A DNA stretch of 25,354 bases from a virus (lineage: Duplodnaviria > Caudoviricetes), in the IMG/VR virus record IMGVR_UViG_3300022837_000083, positions 1 through 25,354 of that record; one strand, given 5' to 3'. Position 1 is the first letter of the stretch. The number at the start of each line of letters is the position of its first letter. The notes below the pieces were generated by a model that had not been told where the DNA came from, did no database searches, and saw only the letters and a list, made by a program, of their open reading frames with translations. Below are positions 18,358 to 24,987 of the stretch, in pieces. The position numbers and the translations under genes are program-made.

Positions 18358-18755
18358 TTTGCTACTCCGTGATTATTGTGAAAACCATATTTTCTGTTAG
18401 CTGACATTCGGGTCGCTACTGCGTCAAGTAAGCAATCTCCATAGTACAGGTGTTTATTTTTACCTAGAACCGTTATAGAAGACTTCCATTTGCCTCTAGC
18501 ATCATGCCAGCTTACCCCATTAAATCCACTGGTGTTTCTGGAATCCATTGACCTATTAAGGTTATTCTCTCTGTGGCTTACAACCCTAAGATTACCAATA
18601 GAGTTGTTTAACTTATCGTGATCAATGTGATCTATCTCTCCATCAGGCCATTCGCCGTAAGCTTTTAGCCATACATAACGATGATAATACACCGCCTTAC
18701 TTTCGTGCCAGATATGCATGTATCCAGTGTTTTTATGTAACCGTGGTTTACTCAT
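18354..18755 (-). CDS. HNH homing endonuclease (HNH_3 plus AP2-like domain)
   Basis: HR..W...IDHIDHDKLNNSIGNLRVVSHREN is followed by NTSGFNGVSWHDARGKWKSSI. Confidence 0.9.
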   Translation of the reverse strand: MSKPRLHKNTGYMHIWHESKAVYYHRYVWLKAYGEWPDGEIDHIDHDKLNNSIGNLRVVSHRENNLNRSMDSRNTSGFNGVSWHDARGKWKSSITVLGKNKHLYYGDCLLDAVATRMSANRKYGFHNNHGVAK

Positions 18756-18784
18756 TTTGTAATTCCTGTTTTAATTCTTAGTAA

Positions 18785-18863
18785 AGTATGCGCTCTATTA
18801 ATCAGTATGTAAACTATTTATTTGCAATTAATTGCTTGCAATAATTAACAACTACTATACACT
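18785..18863. promoter_or_regulatory. Divergent sigma70 promoters with a palindromic operator candidate
   Basis: Minus strand TTTACA(18813-18808)-N17-CATACT; plus strand TTGCAA(18836)-N16-TACACT. The palindrome GCAATTAATTGC lies at 18824-18835. Confidence 0.6.
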
Positions 18864-18869
18864 GCAAGA

Positions 18870-19160
18870 ATGAAAATAGAAAAACAGACTAGGTCATTAC
18901 TTAAACGAACAGGCTTAACGCCTGAATTTATAGCAAGTAAAACTAAATTAAAAATGAGGTGGATTTATGATTTTCGCAACGATGTATTGAATGATTACGG
19001 CATTAGAAAGGTGCAGCTATTAAATGACCATTTGAGAAAATCGGTTAAATGCGTAGCTTGCAACGGGCAATGTGAGCTCGTTATTTATTACGGTAAAGAT
19101 GTGACTGGCGTTATTGAAGTGTGCAAGTCATGCGACGGAACAGGAGAGCAGATAAAGTGA
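18870..19160 (+). CDS. Cro-like HTH protein with a C-terminal Zn finger (CxxC...CxxCxGxG)
   Basis: HTH-like segment LTPEFIASKTKLKMRWIYDF, followed by CVACNG and CKSCDGTG. Confidence 0.6.
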   Translation: MKIEKQTRSLLKRTGLTPEFIASKTKLKMRWIYDFRNDVLNDYGIRKVQLLNDHLRKSVKCVACNGQCELVIYYGKDVTGVIEVCKSCDGTGEQIK

Positions 19161-19378
19161 GAAGCTTAAATAGTACTCGCGCTCATGCATTGGTCACTCA
19201 AGCCAGAAATAACGGCGACTTACCTATATTAGATGGAAGTATAGATTGCGTAGATTGTGGAAAACCAGCGCACAGTTATGATCATAGGGATTACATGAAG
19301 CCACTAGACGTTGATCCGGTTTGTCGTAAATGTAATGCAGAAAGAGGACCGGCTATAAATTGCAATAACCTGAATTAA
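19157..19378 (+). CDS. Small HNH-like Zn-binding nuclease-domain protein
   Basis: CVDC...YDHRDY.KPLDV.PVCRKCN. The GTG start overlaps the upstream TGA and follows AGGAG; the track starts at 19121. Confidence 0.65.
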   Translation: MRSLNSTRAHALVTQARNNGDLPILDGSIDCVDCGKPAHSYDHRDYMKPLDVDPVCRKCNAERGPAINCNNLN

Positions 19379-19455
19379 TTACCACAACAATTTGACGGTA
19401 TTACGGGCGCAGCATTACGCTTAAACATCAGATTAGAATACCCAGAGGATTTAAA

Positions 19456-19626
19456 ATGAAAGAATTGGAAAAAAATTGTTGGTATTGGTTTACCGACCCG
19501 CGAGAAGGTGATATCTGGTATCCAGTTTATGTTAGGTCTGATAGTAAATTGATGATTGATAACCAAGTTTTCCCTCAGGCAAGATTTAAAGCACTTACAT
19601 TTGTAAAGGCTATAATGCCTGATTAA
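19456..19626 (+). CDS. 56-aa hypothetical protein (MKELEKNCWYWFTDPREGDIWYPVYV...)
   Basis: Translated by hand, with RBS GAGG in the junction repeat. Confidence 0.7.
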   Translation: MKELEKNCWYWFTDPREGDIWYPVYVRSDSKLMIDNQVFPQARFKALTFVKAIMPD

Positions 19627-19650
19627 CATCGATTACCCAGAGGATTTGAA

Positions 19651-19812
19651 ATGAAAAGCATAGAAGTTAACAGTATATTAATTATAATTGGAGTTATAAT
19701 TGGAACTATAATTATGCCAGCAATGCTAGATCCAACACCAGATTTAAAAATAGGAATTAGTATGGTAGCGGGTTCTTTTCTTACTGCCATAGCTTTGATA
19801 GTTTGGGATTAA
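19651..19812 (+). CDS. 53-aa micro-protein with two predicted TM segments
   Basis: MKSIEVNSILIIIGVIIGTIIMPAMLDPTPDLKIGISMVAGSFLTAIALIVWD, with its RBS in the junction repeat. Confidence 0.7.
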   Translation: MKSIEVNSILIIIGVIIGTIIMPAMLDPTPDLKIGISMVAGSFLTAIALIVWD

Positions 19813-19836
19813 CACAACATTACCAGAGGAAACAAA

Positions 19837-20079
19837 ATGAGTCCTTTAAAATTAATTATATTAATACATTATAGTTGGTCGGGAAACGATTATAACACGC
19901 TACATTCTCCAGTGCGGCAAGATGCTATATGTTATTTATTAAACAATGGTTATTTGATTAGTGATGATGATCTACATCGAACTTATAAGCCAACTCAAAA
20001 AGCGTTTTTTTATGTAGAAGCTCTTTGTAACTTACCCGAGCCAGAACAAACTTGGATAATCCCAGAGGTGTCAGAATGA
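19837..20079 (+). CDS. Hypothetical protein, 80 aa (possible winged helix)
   Basis: ORF with a GAGG RBS. The AICYLLNNGYLI...YKPTQKA segment has a winged-helix-like pattern. Confidence 0.65.
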   Translation: MSPLKLIILIHYSWSGNDYNTLHSPVRQDAICYLLNNGYLISDDDLHRTYKPTQKAFFYVEALCNLPEPEQTWIIPEVSE

Positions 20080-20378
20080 AACAAACAAGAAAGGAAATGA
20101 TTGCAGTTTTAGAGGCAGCGCAAGAAGGAAAAACGATTCAAGGAAAGCGCCATACAGCTGCTAACGCTGGCGAATTTTACACTTATGACAATGATCACCG
20201 GCCAATGTGGAATTTTGATGCGATTGAGTACAGAGTAAAGCCAGAGCCTAGCGTAATTTATAGAATTGATTATGAGTATGGAAGTATAGGATCAATGACT
20301 TATACAAACATAGATAATGCAAAGCGAGCGCAAAATTCCAATAAAGATATCATCACTACATTTATCGAGCAGCTTTAG
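20076..20378 (+). CDS. Phage hypothetical protein (W-x-F...YRVKPEP family), paralog of 24712..24987
   Basis: ATG at 20076 overlaps the upstream TGA. Motifs EGKTIQ and PMWNFDAIEYRVKPEP. Confidence 0.75.
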   Translation: MKQTRKEMIAVLEAAQEGKTIQGKRHTAANAGEFYTYDNDHRPMWNFDAIEYRVKPEPSVIYRIDYEYGSIGSMTYTNIDNAKRAQNSNKDIITTFIEQL

Positions 20379-20477
20379 CAGCGTAGCGGAGCTTGTCGGC
20401 GCAGCAACGGATATATCCAGCTTACTATCTAAGTCGTTTACGATTGAATCTGATGTTAAATACACAGAGGATTTGAA

Positions 20478-20651
20478 ATGAAGGTTGTCTGGCAAGATGT
20501 GCGCGAGGATTACGCTCGCAAAGATGCCTAGATTTTAGAGCTGAAAGAAAAAAACGAGACTCCGCATAAACGGGTGCAAATGTTAATTAGTTTGCTGAGT
20601 TTTCAAAACGCTGCATATTATAACGATGAAATTAATGATTTGATTAGATGA
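20478..20651 (+). pseudogene. 58-codon ORF interrupted by an in-frame TAG at 20529-20531
   Basis: MKVVWQDVREDYARKDA*ILELKEKNETPHKRVQMLISLLSFQNAAYYNDEINDLIR, with its RBS in the junction repeat. Confidence 0.55.
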
Positions 20652-20707
20652 TTTCCTCATTGTGCGAGCTGTAACGGCTCGTACTTTTTTAATTAAAAGG
20701 GTGGTTT

Positions 20708-20944
20708 ATGAGTAAAGACAAAATGGTTTCACAGCCCAAACACTATTCAGCCGGAGGGATCGAATGTATCGACGCAATGGTTGCAGCATTTGGTAGAGAC
20801 AAAGTTAACGTCTATGCCGAGATAGCTGCGTTTAAATATATATGGCGAATGGATAATAAGAACGAAGACTCCACGCAGGATAAACAAAAATCCGTCTGGT
20901 ACCTCCGGTACTCAATGGGCGATGACCCGAGGACTAAAGAATGA
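20708..20944 (+). CDS. DUF3310 family (T7 gp1.7-like nucleotide kinase domain)
   Basis: MVSQPKHY..GGIECIDAM...FKYIWR...DKQKSVWYL. ATGA-coupled to the polymerase. Confidence 0.85.
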   Translation: MSKDKMVSQPKHYSAGGIECIDAMVAAFGRDKVNVYAEIAAFKYIWRMDNKNEDSTQDKQKSVWYLRYSMGDDPRTKE

Positions 20945-22842
20945 GTTTACAAATGTCAATATTCGCTAATAAAAACGAATGGGTTCCACCTTTAGAGCTG
21001 CCCGATATTACAGGAGCCGCTAAGATTGCCATCGATGTCGAAACACGCGACCCGAACCTAAAAGTGAACGGTCCCGGTTGGCCAACCGGCGACGGTGAAG
21101 TGGTGGGGTACGCTATCGCAGTCGATGGCTGGTCCTGCTATATCCCTATACGTCATTTCGGGGGCGGTAACCTCGACGAAAAGATCGTCAACCGATGGCT
21201 TCAAAAAGTATTTGAGTGTCCGGCTGATAAGATCATGCACAACGCCCAGTATGATTTGGGTTGGATTAAACAAATGGGGTTCACGGTCAACGGACGTATC
21301 ATCGATACCATGATCGTCGCCTCCTTGCTCGATGAAAACCGGTTCAGCTACAGCCTGAATGCGCTTTGTTACGACTTACTTAACAAAACAAAGTCTGAGA
21401 AGGCGTTAGTCGAAGCAGCTCGGGAGTTCGGTATCGATCCCAAAGCTGAAATGTGGAAGATGCCCGCTATGTATGTTGGACCATACGCTGAAGCTGACGC
21501 GGAGCTTACCCTTGAACTGTGGAATTACTTTTCCATTAAGATAGGCCAAGAGGATCTGTGGAACGTCGTCAACCTCGAGCTTGATCTGCTGCCATGTCTC
21601 GTCGACATGACTATGCGGGGCGTCCGGGTTGACGTCAACCGAGTTGAGCGTACTCGGGATAGCCTCCTTAAACGGGAACGGGAGGTCTTGAAGGAGTTGA
21701 AGCACGTCGCAGGCTCGGGCGTTGAAATCTGGGCGGCGCAGTCGCTCGCAAAGTCTTTCGACAACCTCGGAATCCAATATCCAAAGACTGAGAAAGGAGC
21801 ACCTTCCTTTACCAAATTCTTTCTTCAAGAGCATAGTCACCCCGTCGCGAAGCTTATTGTCGAGGCTAGGAATCTGAATAAGACCTCCGGGACTTTCATC
21901 AATTCCATCATGAAGCACTGCCACGCTGATGGCCGAATTCATAGTCATGTTAATCAACTCCGTTCGGATGATGGGGGTACTGTGTCGGGCCGCATCTCAA
22001 TGCGTAATCCAAATTTACAACAAATTCCAGCTCGCGATCCAATCTACGGGCCCATGATTCGCTCGTTGTTTCTACCTGAAGAAGGCGAGCAGTGGGCGGC
22101 CATTGACTTCTCGCAGCAAGAACCGCGCATCTTGGTCCATTATGCGCATGTATACGGTAAAACGCGAGGAATACCCTTAGAAGGCGCGGCTGATTTTGTT
22201 ACGGCCTACAATGAGAAGCCAGAAACCGACTTCCATAACATGGTAGCCGCGATGGCGAGCTTACCTAGGAAGCAGGCGAAGACCATTAACTTGGGTTTGA
22301 TCTACGGGATGGGGGTGAACAAGATGTCAGAAGAACTGGACATCTCGGTCGACGAAGCGAAGGTGCTGGTGAAGCAGTACCATTCCCGCGTGCCGTTTGT
22401 GAAAGGCTTGATGAGTGGTGTCATGAACCGACTCAATGACCGAACTTCAGGGGGTGCGCTGCGCTCACTCGAAGGCCGCAAGTGTCGCTTCGATATGTGG
22501 GAGCCAGACACGTTCGCCATGAATAAGGCACTACCCTACAAAGAAGCGGTTGATGCCTACGGACCTACGACCAGACTCAAGCGGGCGTTTACTTATAAAG
22601 CACTCAACAGGCTTATACAAGCATCTGCCGCAGACATGACGAAGCGAGCGATGGTCAATCTGTACAAAATGGGAAAACTCCCGATGTTACAAATCCATGA
22701 CGAGCTGGCGATGTCGGTGAAGACCCGCGAAGAAGCTGAAGAGATCGCTCGGGTTATGGAGAGTGCCTTGCCTTTAGAGGTGCCTAACGTTTGCGATATA
22801 GAAATGGGACCTTCTTGGGGTGAAGCTAAAAAGCTTGACTAA
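20941..22842 (+). CDS. polA: Family A DNA polymerase with 3'-5' exonuclease (Leu762 type)
   Basis: Exonuclease motifs IDVET, HNAQYD and YAEAD; motif A DFSQQEPR; motif B RKQAKTINLGLIYG; motif C IHDEL. Confidence 0.97.
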   Translation: MSLQMSIFANKNEWVPPLELPDITGAAKIAIDVETRDPNLKVNGPGWPTGDGEVVGYAIAVDGWSCYIPIRHFGGGNLDEKIVNRWLQKVFECPADKIMHNAQYDLGWIKQMGFTVNGRIIDTMIVASLLDENRFSYSLNALCYDLLNKTKSEKALVEAAREFGIDPKAEMWKMPAMYVGPYAEADAELTLELWNYFSIKIGQEDLWNVVNLELDLLPCLVDMTMRGVRVDVNRVERTRDSLLKREREVLKELKHVAGSGVEIWAAQSLAKSFDNLGIQYPKTEKGAPSFTKFFLQEHSHPVAKLIVEARNLNKTSGTFINSIMKHCHADGRIHSHVNQLRSDDGGTVSGRISMRNPNLQQIPARDPIYGPMIRSLFLPEEGEQWAAIDFSQQEPRILVHYAHVYGKTRGIPLEGAADFVTAYNEKPETDFHNMVAAMASLPRKQAKTINLGLIYGMGVNKMSEELDISVDEAKVLVKQYHSRVPFVKGLMSGVMNRLNDRTSGGALRSLEGRKCRFDMWEPDTFAMNKALPYKEAVDAYGPTTRLKRAFTYKALNRLIQASAADMTKRAMVNLYKMGKLPMLQIHDELAMSVKTREEAEEIARVMESALPLEVPNVCDIEMGPSWGEAKKLD

Positions 22843-22847
22843 TTCTC

Positions 22848-22871
22848 AAACCCTGCTTCGGCGGGGTTTTT
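22848..22871 (+). terminator. Rho-independent terminator
   Basis: AAACCCTGC-TTCG-GCGGGGTTTTT lies immediately after the polA stop. Confidence 0.9.
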
Positions 22872-22872
22872 C

Positions 22873-22905
22873 TTGCAACCTTGTATATATTCTTATATTA
22901 TCTTA
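22873..22905 (+). promoter_or_regulatory. Sigma70 promoter for the RHH gene, overlapped by an operator candidate
   Basis: TTGCAA(22873)-N17-TATTAT(22896). ATATTATCTTA is shared with 17424-17434. Confidence 0.6.
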
Positions 22906-22931
22906 GACTTTAGGGCCTCAAAGAGATAAAA

Positions 22932-23126
22932 ATGGATACAACACGTTGGAAAAGCATCCTCGTTCCGCGAGAAGTTTATGTAGAGATAAAAGAACTGGCA
23001 AAAAAAGAAGGTCGAACCATCGGCGGTCAACTCCGCCTTGTTTTTGATGCGTATAAAGAAACTCAAGGGGTCAATAATGAAATTAGAAAACCCACAGCAA
23101 GGGGAAATACACAAAAGGCTCGTTAG
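22932..23126 (+). CDS. Ribbon-helix-helix (Arc/CopG-like) regulator
   Basis: The beta-alpha-alpha pattern WKSILVPREVYVEIKELAKKEGRTIGGQLRLV. Confidence 0.7.
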   Translation: MDTTRWKSILVPREVYVEIKELAKKEGRTIGGQLRLVFDAYKETQGVNNEIRKPTARGNTQKAR

Positions 23127-23268
23127 AAACGAATGCCCCAAATGTAGTAAACCCCTCGAAGTAATCGAAAAAACGGTTGAAAATTTAGTGCGATGGTGCG
23201 AAAGCTGCCAGCTTACTATTGCCGACAAAACATCTAAAGCAGAGTTCCCCGAGGATGTATGCGATTAA
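23077..23268 (+). CDS. Small Zn-ribbon protein
   Basis: CPKC...CESC. The ATG at 23077 follows AAGGGG; the track starts at 23038. Confidence 0.6.
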   Translation: MKLENPQQGEIHKRLVRNECPKCSKPLEVIEKTVENLVRWCESCQLTIADKTSKAEFPEDVCD

Positions 23269-23271
23269 GTG

Positions 23272-23299
23272 TTGCTTATCCTATACCCCGGTGTATAAT
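23272..23299 (+). promoter_or_regulatory. Sigma70 promoter upstream of the candidate sRNA
   Basis: TTGCTT-N16-TATAAT. Confidence 0.6.
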
Positions 23300-23301
23300 G
23301 G

Positions 23302-23378
23302 ACGTGAGAATGGCAACATGTTCTCCGTAGTTAAGACCCGCCCCGAGTTAGGTTGCCCCCGGCTCGGGGCATTTTTTT
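23302..23378 (+). ncRNA. Candidate small RNA or attenuator with two hairpins and complementary loops
   Basis: Hairpin 1 is GAGAAT-GGCAACAT-GTTCTC. Hairpin 2 is GCCCCGAGTT-AGGTTGCCCCC-GGCTCGGGGC followed by A and T7. The loops contain GGCAAC and GTTGCC. Confidence 0.55.
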
Positions 23379-23393
23379 ATAAGGAGAGTAATA

Positions 23394-23606
23394 ATGGATA
23401 AGATTTTTGTTGATGGCCTCGTGGCCAAACAACCACGAGAAACAGCACCCGATTGGGTGAAGTGTAATCTCAGCATTAAACGAGAGGACCTTCTTGCGTG
23501 GCTCTCGACCCAAAACGAAGATTGGATCAACGTCCAAGTTTGCGAAAGCAAAGGCGGCAAATGGTATGCGGAGGTAGATACATGGAAGCCAGCAACGAAC
23601 GCGTAA
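23394..23606 (+). CDS. Small conserved phage protein (possibly SSB-like beta fold)
   Basis: Strong RBS AAGGAG. The KIFVDG...APDWV...WINVQV..SKGGKWYAEVDTWKP pattern recurs in marine phages. The function is an inference. Confidence 0.7.
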   Translation: MDKIFVDGLVAKQPRETAPDWVKCNLSIKREDLLAWLSTQNEDWINVQVCESKGGKWYAEVDTWKPATNA

Positions 23607-23761
23607 GCGATATCCGGTGGCCGTGGGCCGTATCACAGATCAACGAAGTGGTTAACCAAGCACTTACCCTGATCGAAAAAGATGATACTCTCAATACAGA
23701 TGAAAAACGGAAAAGGCTTAATGACGTTGAAAAATCGTGGCAACGAATACTCCAAGGCTGA
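23582..23761 (+). CDS. Hypothetical protein (59 aa from MEASNE)
   Basis: RBS GGAGGT precedes ATG 23582, which lies within track ORF 23498..23761. Confidence 0.6.
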   Translation: MEASNERVSDIRWPWAVSQINEVVNQALTLIEKDDTLNTDEKRKRLNDVEKSWQRILQG

Positions 23762-24020
23762 AGGTAAAGCCAATGACGACTTCTTCAATGCCGCCAAGAT
23801 GATGGCGGCATTGTTAACGGAGTTTCATGCGCGGGACATGGACGCGGGACCGGCCATCGGTGGTGCACTCACACAGATCCTCGCCCACATTATTGAAGTA
23901 TCTCCTGATGTTCCCTCCGCCTTGGGACTAATTTCTTCTTGCTTATCAAATGCCGCTTACCAAGCCGAATCACCAGACCACTTTATTCCAGACCCCGACC
24001 CAGAAGGGTTAATACACTAA
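23721..24020 (+). CDS. Hypothetical protein (~99 aa; start uncertain)
   Basis: Track ORF 23682..24020. AAGG precedes ATG 23721. Confidence 0.6.
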   Translation: MTLKNRGNEYSKAEGKANDDFFNAAKMMAALLTEFHARDMDAGPAIGGALTQILAHIIEVSPDVPSALGLISSCLSNAAYQAESPDHFIPDPDPEGLIH

Positions 24021-24060
24021 TAAACCCGAAGAAGGGGCAAATCAGAAAGGATCGTAACAA

Positions 24061-24198
24061 ATGCAACCAACAATACTCAGAATCAACTTTTATTTTGAAG
24101 ATATAACAGCTCAAGTATTTGTAATCGCGTTCATAGCGGCAATCGTTATCATTTATCAGGTTTGCAAGGGTATTGTTAATTATGTGAGTGTTAAGTAA
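24061..24198 (+). CDS. 45-aa single-TM micro-protein
   Basis: MQPTILRINFYFEDITAQVFVIAFIAAIVIIYQVCKGIVNYVSVK, with RBS AAGGA. Confidence 0.6.
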   Translation: MQPTILRINFYFEDITAQVFVIAFIAAIVIIYQVCKGIVNYVSVK

Positions 24199-24338
24199 TG
24201 AACTTCTGGTTAATATTAGGAACCACGTTTATTTTAATAATCATAGGTTTTTTAACTCTGGCCTCGTGGGGCATGAACTTCTATGGCAATGACGATGACG
24301 ATGACGAGCATGAAGACTACAACGACAGGAGTGGGTAA
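24198..24338 (+). CDS. 46-aa single-TM micro-protein with an acidic tail
   Basis: MNFWLILGTTFILIIIGFLTLASWGMNFYGNDDDDDEHEDYNDRSG, TAATG-coupled. Confidence 0.6.
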   Translation: MNFWLILGTTFILIIIGFLTLASWGMNFYGNDDDDDEHEDYNDRSG

Positions 24339-24448
24339 TGAAGTTTATAGCAATAGTAGCAATAGGATTAATCGGGTTTTTTATTTTAAGTTATATCGTT
24401 GAGCCTTGGGTGATTGAGACGATGTGCCGAGAATTAATTAAATGCTAA
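24338..24448 (+). CDS. 36-aa single-TM micro-protein
   Basis: MKFIAIVAIGLIGFFILSYIVEPWVIETMCRELIKC, TAATG-coupled, with RBS AGGAG. Confidence 0.6.
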   Translation: MKFIAIVAIGLIGFFILSYIVEPWVIETMCRELIKC

Positions 24449-24460
24449 TCAGGGGTAACA

Positions 24461-24646
24461 ATGATTAATTTAATGCTAGGCGACTGCTTAGAGCGAATGA
24501 AAGAGATACCTGACGGCTCAATCGATATGATACTGACAGACCCACCATACGGCCAAACATCTTGCAAGTGGGACTCAGCTATTCCCTTTGAACCGATGTG
24601 GGAACAAATCTGGCGTATAACTAAACCAAAATGGAGTATGAAGTAA
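24461..24646 (+). pseudogene. Truncated N6-adenine/N4-cytosine DNA methyltransferase (beta class)
   Basis: GDCLERMKEIPDGSIDMILTDPPY is the catalytic N-terminus. It is only 61 aa, with no FxGxG SAM-binding motif downstream. Confidence 0.85.
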
Positions 24647-24711
24647 ATCAAATTAACCATTGACCTGTTAGCACAAATCTATGTAATGTCATAAAGCAGC
24701 CGAGAAATAAA

Positions 24712-24987
24712 ATGAATCACGATGAAATAATAGAAGTAGTGCAAGCACATAAGGATGGGAAGGTTATCCAGTTTGAATGGTTAACCGGCCCTATAGGGTG
24801 GATTTCTATAGATGATGATGAGCCAATTTGGGACTTCTCAACTTACCACTTCAGAGTCAAGCCAGAGCCTAAGCAGTGCTGGGTATACTTTAAACCTGAC
24901 GGAAAGCCTGATCATGCAGTTGAAGTTAGCGGAAGAGATAAATCTTTAATGAGTGAGAATTACAGACTAATGACTGAGGCACTATGA
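24712..24987 (+). CDS. Phage hypothetical protein (W-x-F...RVKPEP family), paralog of 20076..20378
   Basis: Motifs DGKVIQ and PIWDFSTYHFRVKPEP. Confidence 0.75.
   Translation: MNHDEIIEVVQAHKDGKVIQFEWLTGPIGWISIDDDEPIWDFSTYHFRVKPEPKQCWVYFKPDGKPDHAVEVSGRDKSLMSENYRLMTEAL

Larger units (their letters stand above)
19421..20482 (+). repeat. Five dispersed gene-junction repeats, core C(C/A)CAGAGG-N7-ATGA
   Basis: Copies at 19421-19461, 19623-19656, 19809-19840, 20061-20081 and 20459-20482. Three share TAC(C/A)CAGAGGATTT(A/G)AAATGAA. Confidence 0.8.

Noticed and set aside
12069-19402. 12-nt complementarity between the tRNA-like element and a spacer (TTTGACGGTATT at 19391-19402)
   Set aside because: Several 12-nt matches are expected by chance in 25 kb, and this one does not extend.
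19421-20482. Integron attC array or CRISPR array
   Set aside because: GATTAAC after stop codons resembles an inverse core site, but there is no matching GTTRRRY or palindromic attC and no integrase. The spacers are whole genes of unequal length, and there are no cas genes.
20376-20531. Amber (TAG) reassignment in this genome
   Set aside because: All long genes are intact under the standard code, and TAG at 20376-20378 ends a gene at a C-terminus comparable to its paralog's. Only one internal TAG was seen.
336-22520. Many antisense or alternate-frame ORFs in the track (e.g. 336..770, 3338..3529, 7686..8159, 21406..21957)
   Set aside because: They lie inside well-supported genes and have no recognisable motifs. 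The RRSHR repeat ORF is just the reverse of the MAPPP repeat.
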